A stretch of 64,000 nucleotides of DNA from Candidatus Omnitrophota bacterium. Lineage in GTDB: Bacteria; Omnitrophota; Gorgyraeia; Zapsychrales; Fredricksoniimonadaceae. The stretch covers positions 472-64,471 of the forward strand of contig JAUSEK010000012.1 of assembly GCA_030650275.1 (NCBI GenBank), in the 5' to 3' direction. The translations under genes and the position numbers were made by a program. Shown here piece after piece: positions 50,096-60,972 of this stretch; the stretch's first letter is position 1, and each line of letters starts with the position of its first letter. A model generated the notes under the pieces. That model had not been told where the DNA came from, did not search any database, and was given only the letters and a program-made list of their open reading frames with translations.

Positions 50096-53000
50096 TTATT
50101 TTTTGTCCTCACCCTCTTCAATCCGCGGTTCCATCAAAGATTTATCCGCGCCCGTGGGAACTCCCAATCCATAGGTTGGAACAATTTTCTGCCCTCCCGG
50201 GAACGCCGCTTGAAATTCTACATTAGAGATCATCTTATCAAAGATCACCGGCAGCAATGCCCGTGATTGAATTCCTGTAAATACTTGCTTATTGACGGCC
50301 TGGGGCAGGGTCTGCGAAGCAGTGATCCCACCAAAGTCCTGTACTTTGACAACAGGAGCTAAGACCCCGATACTGCGGATTCCCTCAAATGATGGTTGAA
50401 CCGGCAGCAATGCCCGTGATTGGACCCCGGTGAATACCTGCTTATTGACGGCCTGATGCGAAGCGGTGATCCCGCTAAAGTCCTGTGCTTTGATCACAGG
50501 AGCTAAGATCCCGATACTGCGAATTCCCTCAAATGATGGTTGAACCGGCAGCAATGCCCGTGATTGGATCCCGGTAAATACCTGCTTATTGATGGTCTGG
50601 GGCAGGGTACGCGACGGCGGTATTGGCGCCTTAGGCATGATCATCGGAACTACTGGTGCCGCAGGCATGATCATCGGAACTACTGGCGCCGCGGGCATCA
50701 TCATCGGAGCCATGGATACCCCGGGCATGATCATCGGCATTCTACCCGCACCAACGATCATCATTGGCATGCTTGGAGCAAATCTGATTCCGCCGCCGCC
50801 AAAAGTTGACGGCAAGGCCGGCCTAAACGAAACACTCTCCCCTTGTTTGATCGTGGCCCTGATATTTGCCTGGCCCACGCTTTCCTCAACACGATTATTG
50901 ATAATCACAAAACCCGGGATCGGCTCCTGAAAGAGGCCGGACCCACTTCCAGTAAGGGCGATGGAAACCATATCTTTCATTCCGCCGGCAGATATGGTCA
51001 ATGTGCCTGTAATATCTATGTTGATAGGACGGGCTGTCGTTCCTATGTAACCACTAACAGTCAGCGTGGCATTCGTCCCTTGTATTGTACCGGACGAGTT
51101 TGCCGTAAGATTTCCTGCTACAGTCAGCGTTTTGCCCCCCATTGATAATGTCGTACCGCTATTAATTGTCAAATTACCGACACTCACATTACTGGACAAT
51201 GTCGGCTTTGTCGCAGTGTCGGGAATGACCACATCCGTGGCGCTTGTCGGCACGCTGCCAGTATCCCAATTTGAAGGATTGTCCCAGTCCGTTGAGACAG
51301 CACCGGTCCAAGTGGCAACCTTAGCACTACTACTAAAATTCCAATTAGTATTATTGCCATTATCCATCACATTGTTGGAAGCATCAACGGCACTGCCGCC
51401 TGAAGCATTGGAATTAGCCACATTAACATAGGAAACATTAGATGTGCCGTTGATGGTCAAATTCCACTGATCCGTCCCAGACCCGCCGGAACGGCCCAAG
51501 GTGATATTATTCCCTAAAGTGCCGGTTATCGTAAAAGCTCCCCCGATGGTTTGAGTTGAAGCGGAGTCAAAGTTGATCGTCTTACCCGCCGCTGTGCTGG
51601 TAAGATTATTGAAGGTCGTGTTCCCGGAGATCACAGACGTTCCGGCGCCTGTGAATTCAACGGTCCCTGTACCCGCAGTAAAGGTACCTGAATTAGACCA
51701 GTTGCCGCCTACTTTGATCGTAGAGCTGTTGGCTGTAATGGTCCCCGCAGAGATCGTCAAGTCGCCGCCTAAGGTCACAGTATTGTTGAGAGAGAGCGTT
51801 CCTGCGCCTGCCTTGGTCAGAGCAAAGGTGTCACCCGAGATGGCACCACCGACCGTCAAGGTGCTGGCAGAGGCAGTGACTTGACGGCTAGCGCTGAGTG
51901 TCACGGCACCGGTGCCAAGATTCAAGGCATTAGTACCGGTAAAGGTAAAGTTCCCGTTCCAGCTTTGCGGATAGTTAAGGGTTGTGATGCTGCTGCCTGA
52001 GGTATTATCAATAGTGCCGGTTGTGATAGTGAAGGTGCCAGCCACCGTGCCTAAGGCCTGGGCATTATTGATATTGAGTGTACCGGCACTTAAAGTGGTA
52101 CCGCCAGTAAAGGTATTGACACCGGATAAAGTCAGCGTTCCTGTTCCGGCCTTGGTCAGAGCAAAGGTGTCACCCGAGATGGCACCACCGACCGTCAAGG
52201 TGCTGGCAGAGGCAGTGACTTGACGGCTAGCGCTGAGTGTCACTGCCCCTGTGCCTAGATTTAAGGCATTGGTACCGGTAAATGTAAAATTCCCATTCCA
52301 GTTCTGGGCATTGTTGTTGGATAAAGTGATGGAACCGCCCGAGGTGTTGTTGATCGTACCGGCTGTAATGGTAAATGTGCCGGTGCTGAGCGCAGTGGCG
52401 TTATTGATGTTCAAGATCCCTGCCGTCAAGGTCGTAGTCCCGCTATAGAGGTTGGCACCGGAGAGGGTCAACGTCCCAGAGCTCCCAACGTTAATCACAT
52501 TGGTTACATTGGCACCGATGACCGCGCTGATTATCGCGGTAGAGAAGTCGTTGTGGGTCACGGTGCCGATGTTGTTGATGCTGTTGGTGGAAAACGTGAT
52601 TGTGCTCAAGCTATGGGTGAGAATCGTCAGGTTGTTGGTGCCGGTCACACCCCCGCTGTAGGTTGACGATGTGGAGCATGAAATCTGCAGCGCACCGGCG
52701 GTGGCGTTCGTGGCCAACACGATCGGATTCGTAATCGTCAACGCGGCGGTCGATCTAAGCTCGACGGCGGCTGTTCCGCTGGTATCGCCCAGCGTGACCG
52801 TGCCGGCACCAAAGGCCGCGCTGACGCTGCCAAACACCTTGCCGGCCTTGAGGGTCAACCCGCTGCCGGTGAAAGTGTTCGCACCGCTTAAGTTCAAAAC
52901 CGAAGTGGTGGTGTTTTGAATCACATTGGTCACGTTGGTGCCGATGATGGCGCTGATCGTCGCGGTGCCGGTGCCGGTACCCGAGTTGGTCACGGTGCCG

Positions 53001-56000
53001 GTGTTGTTGAGGCTGGTTGTTGAGACCGTAATGCCGGCAGCGGTCGAGCTGTTGTTTTTAGTCACCACGTCGCCCGTGCCGGTCACACCGCCTGAGACAG
53101 TGAGCACCTTAGTTCCACTGCTGTTGGTCAACGTGGTGGCGGCAGCGTTGACCGTTATGGCACCGCTGACCGTCAGGGCCGAGGTCGTGCTGTTTAAAGT
53201 GATGCCGGTGACATTCGCGCCCACGGCCGCGCTGATCGTCGTGGTGCCGGTGCCGGCGCCAGTGTTGGTCACGGTGCCGGTATTATTGACGCTGGTCGTG
53301 GACAGAGTGATGGTACCGCTGGTGGCGTTGCTCTTGATCGTCAGGTTGTTCGTACCGGTCACGCCGCCGCTGAAGGTCGTTGAGATGGCAGTGCCGCTAT
53401 TGCCGATGGTCAAAGTACCGGTGGTAGTGGAAGCCAGCACGATCGCGTTGCTATACGTCAGGCCGGTGGTGCCGACCAACAGGGTCGCGGCAACGCTCCC
53501 GCCGGCACTGTCCCCTATCGTGATCGTGCCGGTACCAAAGGCGTTGGCGGCTGAAGATGTGCCTAACATCGTGCCCGCATTGATGGTCACAGCACCACTG
53601 AAGGTGTTGGCCCCGGAGAGCGTCAGGGTGCCTGTGCCGGTGGACATGGTCAGTCCGCCGGTGCCGGAGATGACGCCGCTCATGTTGAGTGTGCCCGCGT
53701 TGTTCACGGTGATCAAAAGGCCCCCATTGTCAATTGTGCCGGCGATGGTCAATGTCGTAGAAGCAGTGGTAGCGATCGTCGGTGCGGAGGTACTAAAGGT
53801 AATATTATTGTTGATCGTGCTGGTACCGACGGTATTGCTGATCGCTGACGACCCGCCGGCCAAGGTTAAAGCGTTACCGCCCAGAGTGAACCCGGTCGCT
53901 TGAATGGTAATTGACGCAAAGGTGCCGCCGGAAATATCATTATTAGGGGTCAGACGTGTTGTACCGTCAAAAACAAGCGCGTCGGTACTAACACCTGTAG
54001 GCGCGGTGCCGCCCCAATTGGCACCGGTTGACCAATTATCATCTCCACCGCCTCCATTCCACGTGAACGTAGCATCCCAGCCAATATTGATCTCCGCCCG
54101 AATATATTCATGACCGGCAAGAATGGGTACTAAAGGACCATAAGCGTGGCCGTAGTTGACGATGATATAATCCAAACTAGGATTCCCCAACCCATCACTG
54201 ATGGCATTGATGTACATCCCAAATTCATTGCCCTTGGCGGCAATAGAGGACTCAAGCGTAATATAATTAGGATAATTGGGGTATCCACCACCTTCTGCTC
54301 CCCTGATCGTCAAGGTGCCTTCAACGGTGGTCAGCGTATTGGCCTCGAATACCATCGTTTTACCCGGTGTAATGGAAGTTAAATTGTAAAAAGTGTTATT
54401 TCCTGAGACCAGGGAAACCCTGGAGGCATCTGTGAAGGTCACTGTCGAGGTTCCCGGTTCAAAAACGCCTCCCTGATTAGCCCAATCCTTGGCTATAAAA
54501 TATTGCGTATCTCCTGCTTTTAACGTAACCCCTTCGTTGATATCAATCGAGTCCCGGACGCTGACTATGGAACCCGGATATTGAATAAAGGTGACGGGGG
54601 CATCTGCTTGTTTTAAGATGAGGCTTCCCTGGGATTCGATATTGCCCAAGGTCAGTTCACCTGAAGATCGAATGGTGATGTCCCCTGCGGCGTACAAGTT
54701 AAGTGTGGTTGGATGAGAATCTGTATTGGTTGTGAGGCTGATGCTGCCGTTTAATGCGGAAAGACTAAGATCGGTATCGCGGTTGTAGAGAATGGCACCA
54801 AAAGAGGTGTCGTCCGGAGGGCCGCGAAACAATACATTTGAACCGATACCGGTGGCTTCCAAAATATTGATGTCGCCCTGGGATTTTTGAATGAAAATGG
54901 TGTTGGCCATAAGATTAAGAGGTTGAAGATAGAAACCAAACTTCTGGGCAACGACCTTTAACTGCTGGGCCTGGATGACCACTCCCGGCAAGGTGTTCAC
55001 CGCCGCGTTAGAGTTCAGGGTCAAATTACTGTTCTGAAGATAAGTAACGTCCACCCCATCCCCTTGAAGGGTGATCAAATCATCATGGACTGTGGCGCCG
55101 GTCAGATCGAGGTCCCCCAAGGTCTTATACAGTTGATTGGTAGCGGCATTGGAACTAATAACAAACCCTCCGGCAATGAGGGTGAGATCATCGACTGCCA
55201 AAGGTGTGCCAGTGGTGTCTTTGATGACCCCGTTGGGGGCCTCCAGGGTCAAAGCGCCGGAAGGATTGTAACGCAACTGGTCCCCCCGCTTAGTCGTCAA
55301 AACATTTCCGTCTTTGGCAGTGATCTCAAAATCGCCCTGGGTGTGCACATAATGGGGATTGCCTTCCATAGAGCTGGGGGGGCGGATAGCCCCCACCTGG
55401 ATGGTGCCGAATTCGGTTGATATGGTCCCGTTGAGCGTCATGACGCCTGATCCATCCACAGACACCGAACCATCCTTGGTGGTGGCAATGGTCCCTTTGG
55501 TCTGGCTAAAACTTCCCTGGCCATCACCATCTGAATCCGCCATGAGATTAATATCTTGTTTGGTGGTGGAAATATCTGAACTGACCTCAAGGTCAGCGGT
55601 GGTGGAAATATCAACTTTTGAATTTTGGGCTATGACAGGGCCGTCGATCTTGACCTGATCGTTGGCCACGATCTTAATGGTCCCGCTTTCTTGCACTAAA
55701 GACGCGGATTGGACCACACCGGTTTGATTAACGGCATTTTCAAAGATGTCCTGCGCTGTATTGACCGTCATAGCCACCTGTCTGGCTTCAATAGTGCCGG
55801 AATTGGCAATAGCATCTTTGGCCTCGGTCCCATCTTGTTTTAAAACCTTTTCACTGGTGGCTATGGAAACTTCCACCTGGATCAAACCAGAGTTATCAAA
55901 GCTGACCGTAGTTTTGTTGCCCGAAGCCAAAGCAATACTGCCCACCTTGGCCTGGATGATCCCGGAATTATCAATGCTGTTGGAGATCAAAGCGATGTTA

Positions 56001-56581
56001 TCCGCGAGGATGGCGCCCTGATTAACAATCTGCGCGGGGTCCGTGCCTTGCTGACGTTCAAATACATAATTGTGGTTAACGAAATTATTGGTGGAAATGG
56101 CCAACGTGGAAGCAACCAGGGTAGCAACATTCACCTGACTGGCGCTGCCAAAAGTGATCCCATTGGGGTTCACCAAAAACAACGCGCCATTGGCAAAAAT
56201 CTTGCCTGATATGTTGCTGGACTGATTTCCCGTGACACGGCTTAACAGTGTGGCGGAAACGGAGGGCTGGATGAAGTTGACGGTTTCAGTGGTGCCTATA
56301 TTAAAGGAGTCAAAATTGATGACGGTATTGTTGTCCGCTGTGATATTGAGGGTGCTGGCGTCCGGCTGGTCAAAAGAAGCTGTACCTACCTCAACACTTT
56401 GACCTTGCGGCAGGGCAAAAACAGGAGCGCATATCATGGCTCCTAAAACGAACGAAAGAATCGTAAACCCTATAGAAGACAGGCACTTAAAACTGTGTTT
56501 AACTGGGTGATTTAATTCCGGAAATGTATAAAAAGAAGCGGTGGGCGGGTAGATCTTATGCGGGGGACGAATGCTCCACAC
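50096..56581 (-). CDS. Large TpsA exoprotein with filamentous haemagglutinin-type secretion domain and autotransporter-like beta repeats
   Basis: Signal peptide ending VFA-LPQG; TPS motif LFLVNPNGI.FG; many LTK.GTGTLTLSG.NTF repeats. Start uncertain. Confidence 0.88.
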   Translation of the reverse strand: MWSIRPPHKIYPPTASFYTFPELNHPVKHSFKCLSSIGFTILSFVLGAMICAPVFALPQGQSVEVGTASFDQPDASTLNITADNNTVINFDSFNIGTTETVNFIQPSVSATLLSRVTGNQSSNISGKIFANGALFLVNPNGITFGSASQVNVATLVASTLAISTNNFVNHNYVFERQQGTDPAQIVNQGAILADNIALISNSIDNSGIIQAKVGSIALASGNKTTVSFDNSGLIQVEVSIATSEKVLKQDGTEAKDAIANSGTIEARQVAMTVNTAQDIFENAVNQTGVVQSASLVQESGTIKIVANDQVKIDGPVIAQNSKVDISTTADLEVSSDISTTKQDINLMADSDGDGQGSFSQTKGTIATTKDGSVSVDGSGVMTLNGTISTEFGTIQVGAIRPPSSMEGNPHYVHTQGDFEITAKDGNVLTTKRGDQLRYNPSGALTLEAPNGVIKDTTGTPLAVDDLTLIAGGFVISSNAATNQLYKTLGDLDLTGATVHDDLITLQGDGVDVTYLQNSNLTLNSNAAVNTLPGVVIQAQQLKVVAQKFGFYLQPLNLMANTIFIQKSQGDINILEATGIGSNVLFRGPPDDTSFGAILYNRDTDLSLSALNGSISLTTNTDSHPTTLNLYAAGDITIRSSGELTLGNIESQGSLILKQADAPVTFIQYPGSIVSVRDSIDINEGVTLKAGDTQYFIAKDWANQGGVFEPGTSTVTFTDASRVSLVSGNNTFYNLTSITPGKTMVFEANTLTTVEGTLTIRGAEGGGYPNYPNYITLESSIAAKGNEFGMYINAISDGLGNPSLDYIIVNYGHAYGPLVPILAGHEYIRAEINIGWDATFTWNGGGGDDNWSTGANWGGTAPTGVSTDALVFDGTTRLTPNNDISGGTFASITIQATGFTLGGNALTLAGGSSAISNTVGTSTINNNITFSTSAPTIATTASTTLTIAGTIDNGGLLITVNNAGTLNMSGVISGTGGLTMSTGTGTLTLSGANTFSGAVTINAGTMLGTSSAANAFGTGTITIGDSAGGSVAATLLVGTTGLTYSNAIVLASTTTGTLTIGNSGTAISTTFSGGVTGTNNLTIKSNATSGTITLSTTSVNNTGTVTNTGAGTGTTTISAAVGANVTGITLNSTTSALTVSGAITVNAAATTLTNSSGTKVLTVSGGVTGTGDVVTKNNSSTAAGITVSTTSLNNTGTVTNSGTGTGTATISAIIGTNVTNVIQNTTTSVLNLSGANTFTGSGLTLKAGKVFGSVSAAFGAGTVTLGDTSGTAAVELRSTAALTITNPIVLATNATAGALQISCSTSSTYSGGVTGTNNLTILTHSLSTITFSTNSINNIGTVTHNDFSTAIISAVIGANVTNVINVGSSGTLTLSGANLYSGTTTLTAGILNINNATALSTGTFTITAGTINNTSGGSITLSNNNAQNWNGNFTFTGTNALNLGTGAVTLSASRQVTASASTLTVGGAISGDTFALTKAGTGTLTLSGVNTFTGGTTLSAGTLNINNAQALGTVAGTFTITTGTIDNTSGSSITTLNYPQSWNGNFTFTGTNALNLGTGAVTLSASRQVTASASTLTVGGAISGDTFALTKAGAGTLSLNNTVTLGGDLTISAGTITANSSTIKVGGNWSNSGTFTAGTGTVEFTGAGTSVISGNTTFNNLTSTAAGKTINFDSASTQTIGGAFTITGTLGNNITLGRSGGSGTDQWNLTINGTSNVSYVNVANSNASGGSAVDASNNVMDNGNNTNWNFSSSAKVATWTGAVSTDWDNPSNWDTGSVPTSATDVVIPDTATKPTLSSNVSVGNLTINSGTTLSMGGKTLTVAGNLTANSSGTIQGTNATLTVSGYIGTTARPINIDITGTLTISAGGMKDMVSIALTGSGSGLFQEPIPGFVIINNRVEESVGQANIRATIKQGESVSFRPALPSTFGGGGIRFAPSMPMMIVGAGRMPMIMPGVSMAPMMMPAAPVVPMIMPAAPVVPMIMPKAPIPPSRTLPQTINKQVFTGIQSRALLPVQPSFEGIRSIGILAPVIKAQDFSGITASHQAVNKQVFTGVQSRALLPVQPSFEGIRSIGVLAPVVKVQDFGGITASQTLPQAVNKQVFTGIQSRALLPVIFDKMISNVEFQAAFPGGQKIVPTYGLGVPTGADKSLMEPRIEEGEDKK

Positions 56582-56717
56582 GATGACGGTTTCCTTTAAA
56601 TCTTACCGGTGCAATTCTTGACTCTTTTGAAAATATCATAAACTCTAGTGATCCCCTTTTCCTACTTCAAGTATATATTCTTATACTTGGGCTGTCAAAC
56701 CAAATGACGAACTTTTA

Positions 56718-58442
56718 TTACCATATTTGGCACTGCAGTGTCAGGCTCAATGTTGAATTTCCAGAACCCGCGGTGGGCTTGTTTCCCACCGCCTGGGCCC
56801 AGTCCATCCTCAGGTAAGTATGATCGGTCAAACGCAGCCGCACCCCTCCACCAACCCCTATTAACGTTTTTTCACGCTTTTCGCCGGGAAGAGTTTTCTT
56901 CAACCAGCCGCCGCCGGCATCAAAAAAGATCACCGGTTCTATCTGGGAGCGCAAGGTTTTTCCGGATTTGAGCATCTTCCAGTCCTCCGGGATAAAATAG
57001 GCCGGAAAATACCAATCTAAATTGACAAAGCCTCCCTCATCCGCAAGATAATCTCCTTCCGGATAACCCCGGATGGAATCCGCTCCTCCTAATTGCAGCT
57101 GCTCGGAAGACGTCAAGGTATGAGAAGCGGCCTGACCATGCGAACGTATCGAAAGGACCCCCACCGGCATTCTTTGCGTACGGTTCAACCCCTGATCATA
57201 TTTAAAAAAACCTCCGCCGGTTTTAGCGCGGCTGGCCGAGGGATGGTTCTCGGAGGATGCCCCCAAAAAATTGCTGGTCCCGAACGTAAAGCGCGGACTA
57301 AATTCCGTTTTACCCTGCCAGGGATCGATCTTGGTAAAATTAAAACCGAAATAAGGAAGCCGCAATTGATCATCCGATGTGGTTGTGCCCAAGGTTTTCT
57401 TTTTGATGGATTTGATCTCGATCCCGCTCTGGGCGCTGGCCTGAAAATCCTCACGCAACGCCAGTTCCCACGAAAAATGCGGATCGTAAATCTGCGAATG
57501 CCCGGTGATGTCCAGCGATTTAAAGTCCTTGCCTAACTTCATATCAAAATCAACAATGCTCATACCAAACTTGGTGCCGTAGGTGCCGACAGGGGTCTCA
57601 TAACTGATCATCTTACCCGACGATAAGGAACTGAAAATGGTGTACACGTAAAGAGAATCAAGGCGGCCGGTGATATTGGCATTCCCCCACCAGACTGATT
57701 CACGGTATTTCCCTGTCAGGCGTGTCCCCTGATTATCAAAACCGATGCCCAAATGGTCAGGCCGTTTTTCTTCGATCTTTAACGTGACATCCGAGGTCTG
57801 CGGCTGCCGGCCGGCGCCAATAACTGCCCTCACAGCCAGGATAGAATTCTTGCTGAGCCGTAACAGGTCCCTCTGCATTGTCTTAAAATTCAAAAGCTCA
57901 TTTTTCTTTATATGAAAATAGCGTTCAAACAGCCCCCGAGAAACCGATTTATTTCCTTCTATCGTTAAATCTCCCATCTTACCTTCAAAAACCCGGATCT
58001 CAAGTTTTCCGTTCTGGATATTCTGTTCGGGCAGTCGCACGATCGTGGTCAAATAACCTTTTTTCTTATACGCCTCCTTGATCCTGTCGATCACGGCATT
58101 GATTTCCTTGGCGGTCACTGTTTGATCAAGATAGGCCTTATAAGCAGAAAGAAAAACTTGCGGTTTAAAAAGCGTCATTCCGGTAATGTTCACTTCTTTG
58201 AGCACAAAAACAACGCCTGCCCCCTGCAAAGCCCCCTGCTCTTTTTCCTCCTGGATCGGCGGCATCTTGATCACTGCTTTTTCCAGTTGTTTTTTTCTCT
58301 TTTGACTTTCTTCCTGGACACGCTCCACCTGGGCCCCCGGTTCCTGTCCTGAAGGAGGATCATCAGCCCAAATCCTCTGGCTGGGAAAAAGAAGATAAAA
58401 AATTAAGAATGCTGTCGCGTATTTATATATAAATTTGACCAT
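56718..58442 (-). CDS. ShlB/FhaC/HecB family TpsB outer-membrane transporter
   Basis: POTRA (Y...GY.T....P.Q....G.L.I...EG), DNQG...TG, LGG..SIRGY and terminal aromatic residue. Confidence 0.92.
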   Translation of the reverse strand: MVKFIYKYATAFLIFYLLFPSQRIWADDPPSGQEPGAQVERVQEESQKRKKQLEKAVIKMPPIQEEKEQGALQGAGVVFVLKEVNITGMTLFKPQVFLSAYKAYLDQTVTAKEINAVIDRIKEAYKKKGYLTTIVRLPEQNIQNGKLEIRVFEGKMGDLTIEGNKSVSRGLFERYFHIKKNELLNFKTMQRDLLRLSKNSILAVRAVIGAGRQPQTSDVTLKIEEKRPDHLGIGFDNQGTRLTGKYRESVWWGNANITGRLDSLYVYTIFSSLSSGKMISYETPVGTYGTKFGMSIVDFDMKLGKDFKSLDITGHSQIYDPHFSWELALREDFQASAQSGIEIKSIKKKTLGTTTSDDQLRLPYFGFNFTKIDPWQGKTEFSPRFTFGTSNFLGASSENHPSASRAKTGGGFFKYDQGLNRTQRMPVGVLSIRSHGQAASHTLTSSEQLQLGGADSIRGYPEGDYLADEGGFVNLDWYFPAYFIPEDWKMLKSGKTLRSQIEPVIFFDAGGGWLKKTLPGEKREKTLIGVGGGVRLRLTDHTYLRMDWAQAVGNKPTAGSGNSTLSLTLQCQIW

Positions 58443-58525
58443 AATATTTCAGCTAAGATTTTCGTTTCAATATTCTAAAGTATTTAAAGGGATTATAGAA
58501 CAAAACACATTTACTGACAAGCATT

Positions 58526-59776
58526 CTACAGCTTATCTCGAAGCTCCTCGGGCGGTTTGATCTTTCTAAAATCCCGGAACAGCAATAGATCATAAACGAT
58601 CTTTAACCCGCCGGCCAGGATAATAGGCACGCTGACAAGCGCCGGGTTGGCCAATAGCGGCCCTGCCAAAAGCGGTGCCGCGGATGTCCCCAGCGTGCGC
58701 GCGACATTGGCGATCCCGCCCGCGGCCGAGCGCTCCGAAGGCGTCACAACCGCCATCACATACGCCTGGCGCGTCGGCACATCCATCTGGGAAATGGTGC
58801 AGCGTAAAAGAAAAACGACCGCCGCCCAGGTCAAATTCGGCATGAACACCATCAGGATCAACAAAACATTGGAGGGCAAATGCGTGAAAACCATCGTATT
58901 AATAAGTCCAAAGCGTTTGGCCAGCCGCACGGCTAAAAGTGAAGAGATCCCGGCCAAAAGGTTGGCGCCAAAAAATATCCCGCCCAAAACCATCATATCA
59001 GCGCCAAAACGCACATGAAACCAATACGCCAGCAAGCTCTGCAGGATAAAGCCGCCTCCAAAGGCATCCAGCGCAAAAAGTGCCGATAACCGCAAGACCA
59101 TTGCCCGGGACTGATGGATCCCCAAACGGCTGTTAACAAGCGAGGCTAAATTCAAAGACGGCGGAATTGAGCTGACTTCCACTTTATTGGAGACCCGACC
59201 GAACAAAAACCACAATGCCAGCCCCGTCAACGCATAGATCACCAGAATGATCTTATAACCAACCAGAGGGCTGATCCCAACGGCAGTCAGTATTTTAAAT
59301 AAGGCCCCGACGGATAATGCTCCCAGGGCAGTGGCGCCAAAGCCCGCTAAATTGTACCAGGCAAAAACACCGGTCCGTTTGTCATCGGCAACAATATCGG
59401 ACAAAGACGCCTGCTCAATGGCCAAAAACGGCCCCACCTCATTACCACTGGGGCTGATCACTCCAACGATCGCGGCCAAAAGTAAAAAAACAAAATTGTC
59501 GGTGAAAGCGAACAAGATGCCGGCAAACATCATCAACAATGCCCCCACACGGAGCATGCGGCGCCGGCCCACGGAATCGGCGATCAGCGATATCCCCAAA
59601 GAGATCACCGCGTCGCCGATCAGGGTCAATGCCAAAAGCCAGCCGATCTGCTGCTGACTCAAGCCAAGGGACGCCAGATAAATAACAAGGATGACAGACA
59701 CGGCCCCGTAACCGAATAGCCGCAGGATGCGGGTCAAAAATAAAAGCCGGCCGTCTGGGGTCAATTTAGCCATCAC
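58526..59776 (-). CDS. MFS transporter
   Basis: ADSVGRRR motif A, GVISPSGNEVGPF, about 12 TM segments. Confidence 0.9.
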   Translation of the reverse strand: MMAKLTPDGRLLFLTRILRLFGYGAVSVILVIYLASLGLSQQQIGWLLALTLIGDAVISLGISLIADSVGRRRMLRVGALLMMFAGILFAFTDNFVFLLLAAIVGVISPSGNEVGPFLAIEQASLSDIVADDKRTGVFAWYNLAGFGATALGALSVGALFKILTAVGISPLVGYKIILVIYALTGLALWFLFGRVSNKVEVSSIPPSLNLASLVNSRLGIHQSRAMVLRLSALFALDAFGGGFILQSLLAYWFHVRFGADMMVLGGIFFGANLLAGISSLLAVRLAKRFGLINTMVFTHLPSNVLLILMVFMPNLTWAAVVFLLRCTISQMDVPTRQAYVMAVVTPSERSAAGGIANVARTLGTSAAPLLAGPLLANPALVSVPIILAGGLKIVYDLLLFRDFRKIKPPEELRDKL

Positions 59777-60213
59777 TTGCGATGAACGGTTCCGCCGATC
59801 ACGATCGCAGCACTGATGATGAGCAGATTCTTGACAATATACTGCCCTTCCATCGTTAAAATAAAGGGGACTTTTTGAAAACAGACATCAGGCAGGATCA
59901 CCAACGGCAGGAACGTGCCACCGATCTGCAGGAACAAAAGGAACAAAGCGGCCCGGATCAAACGATGGAATAAAAAGCATACCCCGATCAAGGCCTCCCA
60001 CCAGCCCAAAACAGGGATGAAGACCGCCGGATCAAACCAGTAAACCGTCCGCGCCACCAAGTCATTGACAGGACTATGGCCAAATACCTTGAGCAGTCCG
60101 AACCAAACAAAGATGATCCCCATGGAGATGCGCAGGAACAGAGGACCGTGACGGTCCATCCATCCGGCGATGATGGGGTCAATAGTGTTAAAAATACGAT
60201 GTATCTTGGTCAT
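59773..60213 (-). CDS. DoxX-like membrane protein
   Basis: LRISMG.IF.WFG.LK...GQY.VKN pattern. Confidence 0.78.
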   Translation of the reverse strand: MTKIHRIFNTIDPIIAGWMDRHGPLFLRISMGIIFVWFGLLKVFGHSPVNDLVARTVYWFDPAVFIPVLGWWEALIGVCFLFHRLIRAALFLLFLQIGGTFLPLVILPDVCFQKVPFILTMEGQYIVKNLLIISAAIVIGGTVHRK

Positions 60214-60353
60214 GCCGCACTCATTTCCATAGTAATGCCCAGAACGGTGATCGGTCGCTTATTTTTATATAATAGCCCACTGACCCTTTTATGTCCAACT
60301 GATTGCTAAAATCACCGAGTATGATATACTTCAATTAAATCAATGGAGGACAT

Positions 60354-60566
60354 ATGACCATAAAAAGCATAGAAAAAAATATTTTGCAATTACCGCCGAA
60401 GGAACGTATCCATATCGTTGAGCATGTATTGGCCAGCTTAAATACCCCTGATCAAAAAATAGAAAAATTATGGGTTGCTGAATCTGAAAAAAGATATGCT
60501 GCCTATAAATCCGGAAAAATTAAACCCATCAGCCTGCAAAGCATTAAAAAACGCTTCGCGCGATGA
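60354..60566 (+). CDS. Addiction-module antitoxin
   Basis: L.LP..ER......L.SL......W..E.E.R....SG pattern; ATGA overlap with the toxin. Confidence 0.85.
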   Translation: MTIKSIEKNILQLPPKERIHIVEHVLASLNTPDQKIEKLWVAESEKRYAAYKSGKIKPISLQSIKKRFAR

Positions 60567-60853
60567 ATATTATTTTTCTTCCCCCCTCTGATCAAGAGCT
60601 CCTTGAGGCCATTGAATTCTACGAACTTCAACTTCCTGGGCTTGGGTATGCTTTCACTGAAGAATTCTTTGAAACATTGGAATTCATTCGGAAATTCCCA
60701 AACGGATGGCAAAAAGTCAGTCGCCATACCCATAAATGTCCATTGCGTAGGTTCCCTTATCTAATTCTTTACGCTGTCGAAGAAATTCAAATAGTCATCA
60801 CCGCTGTTGCCCATCAACACAGACGCCCATCTTCCTACCTTGACCGTAAATAA
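60563..60853 (+). CDS. RelE/ParE family toxin
   Basis: EL.EA..FY....GLG..F...RFPY...Y......I.AVAH..RRP pattern. Confidence 0.88.
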   Translation: MNIIFLPPSDQELLEAIEFYELQLPGLGYAFTEEFFETLEFIRKFPNGWQKVSRHTHKCPLRRFPYLILYAVEEIQIVITAVAHQHRRPSSYLDRK

Positions 60854-60972
60854 AAACGGGGGAGTTTTTTCAACAAAAAAGCCCCGAACTAAAAAAGTTC
60901 AGGGCTTTCTCTAATAAAAAACTCCCCGGGGTTGACACAAAACGCATAGTACGCAAGCTGGCGCAACATAAT

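Noticed and set aside
50250-50770. Repeats as a CRISPR array
   Set aside because: They are in-frame coding repeats without unique spacers; no cas genes or array were seen in the window.
52452-54113. Long plus-strand Val/Pro-rich ORFs opposite tpsA, and similar ones opposite recG and other genes
   Set aside because: Antisense shadows of codon-biased genes, with no recognisable motifs.
56581-56717. c-di-GMP or other riboswitch upstream of tpsA
   Set aside because: I could not identify GEMM or other conserved riboswitch motifs by eye; an Rfam scan would settle it.
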